Source: Emiliania huxleyi CCMP1516
Taxonomy: Eukaryota
Direction: 5' to 3'
Assembly: GCF_000372725.1 (NCBI RefSeq)
Contig: NW_005201176.1
Span: 124,102-188,000, forward strand
Length of the DNA: 63,899 bases
A program made the position numbers and the translations under genes. Positions 35,871 through 48,238 of this stretch are shown here, one piece after another (within the stretch, counting starts at the first letter, position 1; each line of letters begins with the position of its first letter). The notes below the pieces were generated by a model. That model did not search any database. It was not told the origin of the DNA and was given only the letters and a program-made list of their open reading frames with translations.

Positions 35871-37999
35871 CACGGAGCGGCTCCTCTGTATGCACATGGC
35901 ACGATGCCAGGCCCGCCCTCGTCCTTCCCTGGACCGTTGGCGAGGGCGCCGTCACCGTTAGCTTGATGGAAAGGTGCGAACCTCTGGGGTGGCGATCGAG
36001 ACGACCCGCATGTGCGTCGTCCGGATACGCTCCAACGGCGAACCCGCCAGGTGCGCGGCGCTGGCTGCCCCCCTTCGGGTGCTCACACCTCACGCCAGCG
36101 GCTGGTTCCTCCCGCATCAGCGCTGACGTCAAGGATGGCTCACCTGTACTCCACGGCGTTTCGAAGCCGGAATCGCCGTGGAAATACTACGACAACTGCC
36201 TTCGGCTGGCGCGCTCGCAGAAGCATCGAATCTGCGGCTACGAGTGTGGTTCGCCCAGGCAAGCGCGCGCGCCGAATCCGAGCGCGAGCATGCGCCTTGA
36301 TGCCTCTGACCCCGCGACCCCTCTCCGGCACCGCACTGCAGGACCGAGTGGGTGCAGCCCAAGCCATCGGCCAGTGCGCTCGAGGAGGCGCGCAAGCCGC
36401 CCGTGTGCAACCTCCGCGCGGTTCGGAACCACTCCGAGGCCGTCAGCACCACCCCAGCCAAGGTGAAGAAGCGGCGCCCCAGCCGTGATGGGAAGGACAG
36501 GGCTAAGTCGTCATGGCGGCGGGTGCATGCCTCCGAGAACGCCACGCAGCTCGACGCAAAGCCGTCCACAAGCTTGCGACTGCGCCCCGCCCGGCAAGGG
36601 CAAGCCGAGGCCAAGAAGAGCAGAAGACGCCGCAGCCGTGAGGGGAACCAGACGGGGTGGAATCCTTTCCGTCGGATAAAGCTTCCCAAGCTGCCCAAGC
36701 TCAAGCTGCCCATTCACACAGAAGGGGAGAAGCCACGGATGTCATTTTGACCTGCTCGCAAGCAAACTCTCGTGCCTGCAGCGGACCTGTACGCATGTGC
36801 GCGCGCGTTTTTTATACGGCGTACACGAAATGCCCTCCAGAAAGGGCGCGCCCGACTCTCTCTTGTCAGACGCGTCCGGTGCCCCGGTGCAGCGGCAAGG
36901 CATCCCGAGAGCGGCTGCGGAAGGGGGAAGGAGGGGAGCACGCGCGGCCCGTCAATAGGATCGAGTCACTGATGTTGTGCAAGAGCGCCGCGCTGCTGAG
37001 CACCTCCTCGCCCGCCTCTGCCTCCGCCTCAGCGGCGGCGGCCAGCGTCCGCATTCTCCTCGAGCGCACCGCCCACGCCTGCGCCTGTGTGGGGCGCGTG
37101 GGTCGACGTCGGTTGCTGTCCGCGGTGTGATTGTAAGATGATCTCTCTTGGTGGCCGGAATTCAATCACCACACCTTGAGCCGCTGCTCGTGCGCGTAAC
37201 GTGTCCGTGCTGCGTCCCCCCTCGCCCTGGCAGCAGCCCGGCGCTTCTCGCTCGCCTCCAATCGCCGGCACATGTCCAGCCAGTGTTGGTGCTCCTGCGC
37301 AAACGGCGGCGAGGGGGGCTGTGAGCGTTGGCGGCGGCGCAATGCTACAGGCGGCCTGCGCCTGGTGACGCACGCCGACGAGGCGGCGGTCAGGGTCGAG
37401 GCCGAGGCCGCTCGTGCTGGCCTGGCGCCACTGTCGCACCTCGGGCGCCGCCGCCGCCGGAGCGGTCCGCGGCCTCCGTCGCGCGTCCATTTTCGGTGCC
37501 GACCGTTTCGTTCGCGGTGCTCGCATTTCGGTGTTAGTGCCGTTCGCGCTCGGTGTTTGGGAGCGAGGGTAGCGCGGGCAGCACGAGCGCCGGCAGCGTG
37601 GCAGTCTCGTAGTGTTCCAACCACCCCCCAAACACACCCTCCCCACACCAGCACGGCCCTTCACTTCCTTTGAAGGCTCTGCCACTGCACACGCAGCACG
37701 TCGTTCGCCGGGAGGCGTCTCCTCACAACGTCACGGCGCCGCGCGCCGCGTGTGTCCCAACGCTTGGAACCCCGTCGCTCATGGTCGAGACGCTCGCACT
37801 CTCGTCCGTCCACCGCCCGCACGCGCTCACCCCAAACCCAACGCGCTCGACCGTAGCTGGCGGACGGTGGACACCCGCAAGCTACCCGAGGCTGCCCCAG
37901 CTGGCCCAGCCGCCCCAGCGCCAGCTGGCCCAGCTCTCCGCCGCCCGGCTACGCCTTACCGCCTGCCCGCCCCCGAAGCCTCGCCGTCCGCCTCGAGTC

Positions 38000-40900
38000 T
38001 CACGCCACCGACTCGGCGCTGCTCCCCCGCTGCAGCTGGCCAGCCGAGGTTGGGCGCGGGTCAGACGGGAAGAGAAAGCCCGTGATGGCAAAGAGGCGGC
38101 CGAGGGCGGCGGGCTTGACGCCGACGCGGAAGGAGCCGCCGTGGAAGGCTTGCGCCGAGAGCAGCTCGAGCGGGTGGCCAAGCGGGGTAGAGGGGCTCGC
38201 GACCTAGGAAGTGTCTAGGACCCGTCTGGGAAGTGTCTAGGAAGTGTCTACGTTGAGGCGCTCCGCGACCGACGCAGGGTTGCGGACGTCGTGGATGAGC
38301 AGCATGCCTAGGGAGTGTCCGGGAAGTGTGTGCTGGGGAGTGTCTCGGGTGAGTGCCTGCGACGCCGGGGAGGAGGGAGCATGCCCATCAGCACAGCGAC
38401 GGTCTCCGCGTTAAAGACGAGCATCGGCCGGAAGTTGCCTAGGAAGTGTCTAGGAGATGTCTGGGACGTGCCTGCGACGTGTCTGAGACGACCATCGTCG
38501 GCCGGAAATCGCCTAGAAGAGGCGCACGCGCGCGCGGTGTCCAGGCGTCGCCGCAAGCGGAGGACGAGGTGTCGGGCGGAAGAAGCGTCTGCCCATTCCC
38601 GCCAATGCGGCCGCGACGGCGCGAGCATTCTTGTTGTCGCCCGCAACCATGGACGCAGTGCGGCAGGCGGGCGCGACGTTCGACGAGACCGTGAGGCCTA
38701 GGAGTACCCCGCAATCTCCCGCAATCTCCCGCAATCTCCCGCAATCTCCCGCAATCTGCCACAGCCACAAGACGGTTGAGGCCTAGGAAGTGTCTACGAA
38801 GTGTGTGGAAGGTGTCGACGGAGTCTCGGAAGTGTGTCTAGGCCGGGATTGTGTGGCGCTGCTGTTGTGGGGCGTGTGTCTTGTGTGGCTTGTGGTGGTG
38901 TGTTGCTTGACATACTGACTGGGCATTTGTATGATCTCGTGTTGGTACCGTCGCGCGAGCGCGCGAGCACCGCGCGCCAGTTGTTGATCGCCTAGCACCA
39001 GGCCAGTGGGCGCCCTGAGTTCAAAAGAGCGGCGTCCCGCAATCGCCCACAATCTCCCTCAATCTCCCACGGCCACGCGCATGACGGGTCCCCGCTCCAT
39101 GCCCGACCAACCTCCCGCAACCTCCCGCAACCTCCCGCAAAACTGGCCCGTTCACTAAAGCCCCCGGACGCGCGATTCGACTGAGTCTGCGACTATGGCC
39201 CAGTGGGCGATCGCCTTTGCGAGGGCGTAGTTTGGCCCCTGCATCGGCACGTACCTGTGGGAGAGTGCGGGAGAGTGCGGGAGGGTGCGGGAGAGTGCGG
39301 GAGGGTGCGGGAGAGTGCGGGAGATTGCGGGAGATTGCGGGAGATTGCGGGAGATTGCGGGAGAGTGCGGGATGTGCGGGACGTACCCGTCATGCGCGTG
39401 GCGCGTCGGCTCGCCATCCGCGACGGGCGCGGCGGGGCGCGCGTTCGGCTCGTAGCGGAGGAGCCGCAAGTAGCTGGAGGCGTACGACTCGTCGCACGCC
39501 TCGGTGCATCCGGCGGGGAGAAGGAAGGCCTGCGAGGGAGTCTGCACAAAGGCCAAGCCGGCGCACAAGCCCTTCGCGACAAGGGACGAGCAGACCAGGT
39601 CGCACGCGAGCGAGATGCGCACGTTCAGCTCCCCTGCGGGTTGGAGCGGGAGGGTGCGGGTTGGAGCGGGTTGGAGCGGGTTGGAGCGGGAGGGTGCGGG
39701 TTGGAGCGGGAGGGTGCGGGAGGGTGCGGGTTGGAGCGGGAGGGTGCGGGAGGGTGCGGGTTGGAGCGGGAGGGTGCGGGTTGGAGCGGGTTGGAGCGGG
39801 AGGGTGCGGGTTGGAGCGGGTTGGAGCGGGAGGGTGCGGGTTGGAGCGGGTTGGAGCGGGAGGGTGCGGGTTGGAGCGGGTTGGAGCGGGTTGGAGCGGG
39901 AGGGTGCGGGTTGGAGCGGGAGGGTGCGGGAGGGTGCGGGTTGGAGCGGGAGGGTGCGGGTTGGAGCGGGTTGGAGCGGGTTGGAGCGGGAGGGTGCGGG
40001 AGGGTGCGGGAGGGTGCGGGAGGGTGCGGGAGGCGTGTCGAGACAGTGGGGGGTTGTGCGGGACGCGGCAGCGTGTGGGTGGTTGCAGCTCGCCGTCGAG
40101 GTACGTGTAGGTCCCGACTGTCGCCCCCTTGGGCAGCGCCGGCAGCGTCTCCGCGAGCCACGCTGCGAGCTCGGGCGTCTCCGTCAGAAGATCCGCGCCG
40201 GCGGCAGCGGCGATCTCCTCGTCCGAGCTCGCGGGCCGCTTGAGCGGCACGACCTGTTCACACCGCCAGCCGTGAAGAGACGCTGTTCATAGCTCGCGGG
40301 CCGCTTGAGCGGCACGACCAGTGTCCCGGCGCTGGCGCGCGCCATGGAGACCAGCTCCGCCCACTTGGCAGGCTTGCCTGAGGGAGATTGTGGGAGATTG
40401 CGGGAGATTGTGCGTGCGTGCGTGCGTGTGCGTGCGTGTGTGTGCGTGCGTGTGTGCGTGCGTGCGTGCGTGCGTGCGTGTGTGGTGTGGAGTGGTGTGT
40501 GTGTGTGTGTGCGCGCGCGCGCGTGCATGTGTGCATGTGTGCATGTGTGCATGTGTGTGTGTGTGTGTCAGGCTTGCCTCGCGCGACGGCGACGACGGTT
40601 GCGCCGCACTGCAGTAGCAGCGCGAGCGGGCCCAGCTCGGCGGTCGCGCCTGTGAAAAGAAATACACGCCGGCTGATACTTCTGTTTGGAGGCCCGCCCG
40701 CATGCCAAGCGTCGGCGTGTGTCTCTGTGTCGCTCCCATGTCTGCGAAAGGTCTACGAAGAGCGGCGCCGAGCGCGACGAAGGTGCGGCCGCGCAGATCG
40801 CGCCACTCAGCCGAGTTTGCCACCTACAGGTTTCGTCGATTGATCTTGCGAATCGGTCAGCAAGGCCGCGCCACCCGGCGGGTCCAGCCACCGCGCACAG

Positions 40901-41419
40901 CGCGGCCGCCCCCGCGGGCTCGAGAGCGCCATAGTCGGCCCAGGCGTTGACTTGGTCGACGAGTACTTGGTCGGAGAGGCTGTCTCCAAAGTACGGCACC
41001 GAGAGGGAGGTTGGCAGGGCGCCGCTGCCCGCGACCGTGGCGGTGTGCAGCGCGCGCGCCGCCGACGGCGCCGCCATCGCCGCCTCCACCCCGACCACCT
41101 CGCCGCCTCGCACAAACTCGAACGTCGAGTAGATCTCAGCGAGCCCCGCCTCGGCGATCGCAATGGCGCGCTGCGCAGAGTAGGACTGCGCCTCGACGAG
41201 GCGCGTGAGCATCTCCGGGTACTCCTGTCGCCACGTCTTCCGCGCCTTGCGGATCGCACCGGCCAGCTCCTCGCCCGCCGGCGCCGCCGCCGCAGCAAAG
41301 ACAGCAACGCCGGTCGCGAGCGTCGAGCGCTTGCCCTCGGGGCCGGTAGGGAACTGCACGCCCTGCGCACGGTTGCGGAGGGAAGGAGGCGTTACAGGGT
41401 GCTGGGTGCGTGACAACAT
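38000..41419 (-). CDS. Conserved uncharacterised Rossmann-fold-like protein, many introns
   Basis: Exons read [93 protein letters not shown]. Stop at 38000-38002. Confidence 0.75.
39638..40032. repeat. Intronic G-rich 10-bp satellite (ggagcgggtt / gggtgcggga variants), ~40 units
   Basis: Strict 10-nt period visible as aligned columns. Confidence 0.95.
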
Positions 41420-41921
41420 GGGCGCGCGCGAGCGCCTCCGTAATCTTCGGCATAAGTCACAGCGATCCAGTCGGTGCGGCGTCGCACGGCCAAGTCAGGA
41501 GCCGACACCGACCCAACCCAACAACCCAACCCAGAAAGCACGATTCTGAAGAGAGAGAGAGAGAGAGAGAGATTCTCTCTCTCGATTCTGAAGTTGGGCC
41601 CTCAGTCTCCCCCCATCCCCAGGGCCTCCAGGGCTCGCACCTCAACCTCTCACAGACCAGCGCATAGCGGCATAACGTATTTTCTTCTCATAACACGGCG
41701 GCGAGCCGCGTCGCCAGCCGTCTCGCGAGAGAGCGGCGCCGCCGCGTGCGCGCAGCAGCCGCCGCGGCAGAGGCGAGCCGCGGCGACGTCCGCACTAACG
41801 GATAACGGCCATTGGCGGTTTTCTCTCTCTCTCTCTCTCTCTCGGTGGTCCTGTTCACAGCCCGCGTTGTGATCTTCACACCACACAAGCACCACGCTGC
41901 GCCCAGCGCAGAGAGGCAGAC

Positions 41922-42731
41922 ATGTCGGAGCCCCCTCCAGTGGAGGATCCCGCCGACGAGGGAGGCGGCGAGCACAAGAAGAAGCGCAAGAAGCACAAGA
42001 AGCACCGCTCCAAGGAGGGAGACGGCGCTGACGCTGAGGGCGAGCCCGCAAACGGCAACAGCGCGGCAGAGGCGGCCAAGGCGTCAGAGGTCTCGCCCGG
42101 CCGCGGCTCCGGCTCGCGCGGCCGCGCTGGCTCGCGCGGCCGCGCAGACGACCGTCGCAGCCGCAGCCGCAGCCCGCGCCGCCGCAGCAGGAGCCCGAGC
42201 TACGACCGGCGCCGCGACGACCGGCGCCGCTCGCCGCCACGCTACCGCGACTACCGCGACGACCGGCGCCGCTCGCCGCCGCGCTACCGCGACGACCGCC
42301 GCCGCTCGCCTCCTCGCTACCGCGACCATGGCAGGCGGCGCTCGCCTCCGCCGCGCCACCGCGACGACCGGCGGCGCGGCAGCTCGCCGCCGCGCGGCGA
42401 CTTCACGCGGAGCTATGGGGGGAGGTCGCGGAGCTACAGCCCCTCGCCCGTGCGCAAGAAGAAGCCGGCGGCGCCGGCCGACAACAAGCCGGCCCGCTTT
42501 TGGGACGGCTTCCAGTGGGTCGACGTCGAGAAGAACGAGGCCGACTCGGCGCCGCTGATGGGGCAGGCGACGCGCAAGGACCGGCGGCTGTACGTGGGCA
42601 ACCTGCCCATCGGCGCGGGGCTGGCGGACAAGCAGCTCTCCGAGTTCGTCTCCACCGCCATGAAGCAGCGCGGCCTGATTGCGCAGGAGGCGCCTGACCC
42701 CGTCCTCTCGGTCTGGCTCTCGCCCGAGGTG

Positions 42732-42828
<97 letters not shown>

Positions 42829-43554
42829 GCTCACCCACGCGCAACGGGCCTTGCACTTTGAATGCCGTGGGGCTCCTGTCGTTAGACGTGGAGACGCGAG
42901 GGCTGCCCCCCCTAGGGGACGTACGCATTCGTCGAGTTCCAGAGCCCCGACATCGCAAACCTCGCGCTTGGGCTCAACGGCATCATGCTGCTCACCTCCG
43001 CCCTGCGCATCTCCCGCCCAAACAACTACCAGGTCCCCGTCGCCAACGCCGCCGACGCGCCCGGCCTCGCGCCGCAGGCCTCTGGGGGAGGCAGCACGGG
43101 CGTCGTGACCGGGGAGGATGCGGCCTCGCGCGCACTCGCCGCGGCGGCCGCCCTCGCGGGGGTTGGTCCGATGCCGACGCCCGCGGCGCTGTCCGCGATG
43201 ACCGCCCAGCTCGCCGCCGGGGCCGGCGCAGGAGCCGGCGCGGCCGGCGCGGGCGGCGCGCCCGCGTGCACGAGCACCGTCATCTCGTGCAGCAACATGC
43301 TCACCCCGGCGGAGCTCGCCGACCCGGAGGAGCGGGAGGGCCTCAAGGAGGACGTGACGGAGGAGTGCGCCCGGTTCGGCAAGCTGCTCGGGGTCAAGGT
43401 GCCCGCGGACGCCAACCCGGACTGCTGCGCATACGTCCGCTTTGAGAGCCTCGAGGCCGCCGCCGCCGCGATCGCGTCCCTCTCCGGCCGAAAGTTCGAC
43501 GGCCGGACGGTCGGCGTCCTCTCCGTCGACGAGGCCGCCTTCGACGCGCTGTGA
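41922..43554 (+). CDS. U2AF large subunit (U2AF65)-like splicing factor
   Basis: RS domain; QATRKDRRLYVGNLP; GTYAFVEF after the intron 42730-42915; LRISRPNNY; C-terminal UHM (NMLTPAEL..EDVTEECARFG..GRKFDGRTV). The middle RRM appears absent. Confidence 0.85.
42827..42912 (+). mobile_element. Short retro-like element, copy E, abutting the acceptor of the U2AF intron
   Basis: Near-identical to the 5' part of copy D. It follows (CA)n 42735-42826 and ends in a C-run followed by the TAG acceptor. Confidence 0.75.
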
Positions 43555-44351
43555 GGAGGAACCAGTCTGCGAGGCGGGGCGCGCGGGGGGGCAGAGGTGG
43601 GGGGGGAGGGGGGGCGGGGGGGGGGGCGCGTCCCTACTCTCATGGCGGCGGCTAGGAGCCTACGCGGCCGTCGGCAGCGGGGCCTGGGCTCGCGCTCCCC
43701 TGAACCTCCCCACCCTCCCCCCCCCGAACAGTGCTCCGTGTCCTGACGGCGCCGCGACACGCTTACAGGCTCAGTCCTCAACCCTGGCTCGCCGTGCGGC
43801 GCAAGGAGCGCGGGGCCGGTGCACGGGGGTCGTCCCCCGGACCGGAGCGCCCACGGAGAGAGATGGCCCATACACTCCCCTGCATATTCGGTCCCTGTCC
43901 GCTGTCGGCTGTCTCGCTCGCTCGCTCCGAACTCTGTCTAGTTTTCGCACACGCCACACCGTTTGTCTCGACTTACTCTGCGGGCGTCGCGCGTCGGTCG
44001 GGGCGTCGCTCTTATCATTTGCAGTTTACGAGTTTTACCAAAATTGCGCGCGCATGCGGGACGTATGGGTCCGGGGCAGGGGCGGTCCTCTCGTGTGCCC
44101 CGGGGGAGGTTCAAAGGACCACGCTGCACGCAACTCAGTGGCACCACAACTGCCGAGGTGCGGGAGTTGGCAGTTGCGAGTGCCGACACAGATGCACACG
44201 GCCGGGAGGCCGGGCGCCGGTGGTGTGAGAGCACACGCGCTCCCGCGCAAGGATGCCGCGTGCAGATCATCGAGGCAGCACGAGCAGCCAGCATCGACGT
44301 GGACTGTGAGTTCCTCACCCGCGGCCGACGCGCCACGCCTCAGCACGGAGA

Positions 44352-44603
44352 TCACGCGGGCTTTCTCTTCAGCGTGCTAATATAGAGCACGTTGTTGCCG
44401 CGGATGAAGGCGTCGCCGTACTTAGCCTTGAGCTGGCCATTGTGGTACTCCTCCGTCTGCTCCATCGCAATGTTCATGAAGCCGTCGAGGCACGCGAGAA
44501 CGCCGCGGTAGTCGACGCCCGAGTTGAGCTTGACCACGACCGGGCGGCCGAGCACGTTCTTGAGGAACGCGGACGGGTTCGACGCGTTCGGGTTCTTGGA
44601 CAT
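44352..44603 (-). CDS. LSM6: U6 snRNA-associated Sm-like protein LSm6
   Basis: PSAFLKNVLGRPVVVKLNSGVDYRGVLACLDGFMNIAMEQTEEY..YGDAFIRGNNVLYIS. Confidence 0.92.
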   Translation of the reverse strand: MSKNPNASNPSAFLKNVLGRPVVVKLNSGVDYRGVLACLDGFMNIAMEQTEEYHNGQLKAKYGDAFIRGNNVLYISTLKRKPA

Positions 44604-44725
44604 GACCCGGGGAGGTATGTAGTGGGGATGTTCGTGTGGCGGTGCGCGTGAGGCGGCTGGCTCGTTATAGGTCGAACGAGGCCAAAAAAATCGCCAATTC
44701 CACCCAGACCCTGCGTCACTCATGA

Positions 44726-44861
44726 ATAGGAAGAGGCAGACTCCCTAGGGTGGGCGACGGCTAGCGCACCACACACCTCTCCTTAAAATCCCTGTGTGGT
44801 GGCGGCGTGCCGTCCTCCCATCCCTCCCTTGGGTTGTCTGTTTTCTTTCTTTCTTTCTTTC
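44726..44861 (+). mobile_element. 5'-truncated stub of the 7212-9585 LINE
   Basis: Reverse complement of 7212-7346: agggtgggcgacggctag, 3'UTR and (TTTC)n tail. Confidence 0.85.
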
Positions 44862-44978
44862 GCAAAGCTCGCTTCCGAGCTCTCACGCCGCGCGTAGGGC
44901 CCTTAGGGGCCTAGAGAACACAACCCCCTCTCTCTTTTCTCCCAGTAAGCTATAAGTACGTACAAGCAAGGCGGGCAC

Positions 44979-47114
44979 GTGAATGCAATGGCGGATGCTG
45001 AGGATGTACAGTCCAAGCTCAGTGCAGAGATGCATGCTCCCGGAGACTGCGCCAATGGCTGCACAAACGAGAGCATGGCATCCATGCGGGTGAGCGCACG
45101 CGGCCCGCCACCTACCAACGCTTGGGCCGGTCCCGAGTATCTGCTCGAGAGCCAGCAAACCGCGCATTCGCGTGCTCCGCGTGAGGCTGGCTTGGGCGGC
45201 GGCCGCTTGCACAGCATGGACGACCGCGAGCCATTCGGACCGGCGCCAATCTTGCGTGCGCCGTGGGGCGACGTGGCCGAGTTCCCGACAGACAGCGCAT
45301 GGCAGACGAACGCGCACCAGGTGAACCATCTGCTCGATCGCGGGCTGCGCAAGATCGCCGACGCGCGAGCTGAGCTCAAGGCCACGTACGGCGATTATTA
45401 CGGCCGGGTCGCGTCGGTCGCGTCGAGCTGCGCGTACGGCGTGCCGACGTTCATCTCGCAGGCGGCGCGCGCGGGCACCGTGCGGCGCCTCCTACACGCA
45501 GTCGTCACCTCCGCGCCGTACACGATCGTGCTCGCCGGCCACTCCGCCGCCCAGGCCTCCGGTAACCACTTCAACCAGTCGTACACGCACTGGCTACACT
45601 CGCTGCTGGCGCCGCCACTCGCTGCGGTGGGCGTCGAGCTCGTCACGCGCAATCACGCCATGGGCGGCCTGCCCTCACACCACCGCGCGTCGTGCTTCGC
45701 GGCGGCGTACGGCGCGGACGCCGACGCCGTGCTGTGGGACTATGCGATGACGGCGGGCTCGCCGCACGAGATGGACTACTTCTTTCGGCAGGCGATGATG
45801 CAGCCGCGCCGGCCGCTCCTCGTGGGCTTCCAGCCCATCACCAAGGCCGCGGGCCCCGCCGCCTGCCCGCCGCCCATGATGGCCAGCGGCGGCAGCGGCG
45901 GCAGCGGCGGCAGCGGCGGCAGCGGCGGCAGCGGCGGCAGCGGCGGCAGCGGCGGCAGCGGCGGCAGCAACTCCTACCCATCAGAGAAGTTTGACCTGTG
46001 GCGGCTCCTGCGCGTGTACGAGCAGCGCGGCTACCACGTGGCGGGCGTCTCCGGCGCTGCCGTCGCGTGGCAGCCGGCGGGAGAGACCGGCGGCACCTCG
46101 CCGCACACGACCACCTCCGCGGAGCAAGCGCTCGCCTCATTGCCGCCGGGCGTGCGTTTCCTGCACTGCCGCGCCCAAAACAACCAGCTGCTCTCGGACA
46201 CGTGCCGCAAGTACGCCTACGACTGCCACTGCTGGGACGACTACGCAACGGCGAAAGCAACCGGCAACGGCAAGCACGGTGCGGCGTGCCCCGGAGCGGC
46301 GTCGTGGCACCCAGGGTGGCGCGAGCACCGGATCCGCGGGCACATGGCGGGGGCGATGTTCCTCGACCTACTGGAGCAGGCGCTTACCACCTTCCAGCAG
46401 GAAGCCTCGGTCGGCGCGCTGCCGTTGGCGTCGGAGGCGTGGCACGCGGCGCCGCTGCTCGAGGACCAGGCGGCCGCCGCCGCCTCCATTCTATCGCTGG
46501 CCAACTCGTCGTGTGCGACGTCGCCTGCCTTCGACAGCCTCGGCTGCCACGTCACGTATGAGTGTGCGACTGAGTTCGCGCCGCGCGTCGGCGCGTCCAT
46601 CAGCGACCTCGTCGTGGGCGACGACCCGGCGGAGTTCGTCTCGCGGAAGGGCGGGCGGTGGAACCACACGGACGGCGGGTCCGGAAAAGGCGGACTGTGC
46701 CCCGCCTCGGGGCAGACGTTTGGCCGTGGCTACTACAGCGGCGACCACGCCTCGGGCTGGCTGGTGCTGCAGCTCCCGCGTGTGCGCCTCGGCGTCTTCA
46801 TCCTCAACGGATGGGGCGTCTCGCCGAACGTCATCAACTGCGGCGCGAGCGACTGGGGCACCGTGCTGCTGAAGGGCAAGAACTACAGTGGCGTGCCGAA
46901 TGCGGAGCTCCGTCTCAATGGCAAGAAGGTCACCGCGTGCGAGCCGACCGGTACCCTCCGTGGCGGCAGCATCGTGCGCGCGCCGGAGCTCGCCAGTGCC
47001 GGCGCAGGGACTACCGTCGAGCTCGCGGTGCGCGCGGCCCGTGCGCACCACACAGACGAGGAGGTGGCGCCGCCGCCACCGCCGCTCGTGATTAGCCACG
47101 TCATGTGGCGATGA
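44979..47114 (+). CDS. SGNH-hydrolase-like protein, intronless; true start uncertain
   Basis: Block-like motifs IVLAGHSAAQASGN, RNHAMGG, VLWDYAMT, SWHPG. In-frame (GGS)n repeat at 45885-45968. Confidence 0.65.
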   Translation: MNAMADAEDVQSKLSAEMHAPGDCANGCTNESMASMRVSARGPPPTNAWAGPEYLLESQQTAHSRAPREAGLGGGRLHSMDDREPFGPAPILRAPWGDVAEFPTDSAWQTNAHQVNHLLDRGLRKIADARAELKATYGDYYGRVASVASSCAYGVPTFISQAARAGTVRRLLHAVVTSAPYTIVLAGHSAAQASGNHFNQSYTHWLHSLLAPPLAAVGVELVTRNHAMGGLPSHHRASCFAAAYGADADAVLWDYAMTAGSPHEMDYFFRQAMMQPRRPLLVGFQPITKAAGPAACPPPMMASGGSGGSGGSGGSGGSGGSGGSGGSGGSNSYPSEKFDLWRLLRVYEQRGYHVAGVSGAAVAWQPAGETGGTSPHTTTSAEQALASLPPGVRFLHCRAQNNQLLSDTCRKYAYDCHCWDDYATAKATGNGKHGAACPGAASWHPGWREHRIRGHMAGAMFLDLLEQALTTFQQEASVGALPLASEAWHAAPLLEDQAAAAASILSLANSSCATSPAFDSLGCHVTYECATEFAPRVGASISDLVVGDDPAEFVSRKGGRWNHTDGGSGKGGLCPASGQTFGRGYYSGDHASGWLVLQLPRVRLGVFILNGWGVSPNVINCGASDWGTVLLKGKNYSGVPNAELRLNGKKVTACEPTGTLRGGSIVRAPELASAGAGTTVELAVRAARAHHTDEEVAPPPPPLVISHVMWR

Positions 47115-47165
47115 GAGCTGTACATAAATAAAGTCGCTGCTTGCGATGCGCCCTTCTTGCCACCC

Positions 47166-48238
47166 CGGCTCTGGGGGGAGGCGGGGGCCCTAGAGGGTAT
47201 CCATGCGGGGGGAGATGGGGTCCGGGACTTTTTTCTTTTTTCGATTTTTTACTTGTTTTCAGAGGAATTCGCCGTACAAACCAGCCGAATTTAAGATTTG
47301 AAGGCGGGGCGGCCGTGAGCTGTAAAATCTTGAAAATGTGTGAATTTACAGCTAAAATCTTGCAAAAATGCGCTCCAGAGCTCTAAAATCTTGGTCTAAA
47401 ATCTGAAAATCGCCGGCCTGCGGCCGGCCTCTAAAATCTTAAATTCGGCGGACTTGTACTTGCGGCCATGCTATCACGCCTTGCGACAGCCTGTCGGCGC
47501 TGCTGACCGTGCCCTGCTGCACAATTGACCACCTGCATAGCTCGCGGCCTTAGTATCCACCATTCAGTGACGACCTGATCGTACGGCCAGTAGGAAGGTG
47601 TCCTTCCAGCGCGTGCACGCTTCTGACGCAATGCGCGTCACAAACTGCCTCGGCGACTGGCTGCTGGCACTCTCGAGGCTATGCCTACACAGCCTCGCGC
47701 GCATGGGCAGTCAAGAGGGACCACGCACCTTCTCAGGACAGCACCAGTGCCTCTCTCTTGGACCGGCAAACTTGGTGGTCTCGTGTCACCAATGTGGGAC
47801 CAGTGCGGCATCGGACGCGCCATCGACAGCTCTGAACTGCGCCTCACCACTGACCGGGAAGGCTGCCAAGTGGGCCAGCGCAGGTCGCACATTGTGGCAG
47901 CAGTCAGCAGTGCATGTCTGATAGCTAGCAGCAGCGTCAGGGTCTCGCAGGGTCGGATCGTGTCAAGCCTCTCGCCCGGCCGGCCGCGTGCAGACGTCGG
48001 CCTGTCTGCTGTCTGGAGTGATCTGTCGGCGGTCAGTACGACCGATCAGGTTGGAGTTTTCTGATGGTTGGAGGGTCTATCTGTATGTACTCCTCGAGAT
48101 CTCTCCAAATCTGCCCTCTACTCAACCGTACTCATTCGGGAAGTTGGTGCTCTGAGCGACTCTGAGCGCCGGAGCCCCGTTTCCGCACTGCTGCGCGGCG
48201 CACGGTGCCTCCGGGGGCCCCCGCGCCCCCCCAGAGGG
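47166..48238. mobile_element. ~1.07-kb non-coding element with imperfect GC-rich terminal inverted repeats
   Basis: ctctggggggaggcgggggccc (47169) versus gggcccccgcgccccccagag (~48216-48236). The body is homologous to 13023-13865. No TSD identified. Confidence 0.55.
47277..47456. mobile_element. Tc1/mariner-type (TA-target) MITE, 180 bp
   Basis: Imperfect ~30-bp TIRs caaaccagccgaatttaagattt / aaatcttaaattcggcggacttg with TA on both sides. The paralogous copy at ~13808 lacks it and has a single TA. Confidence 0.8.
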
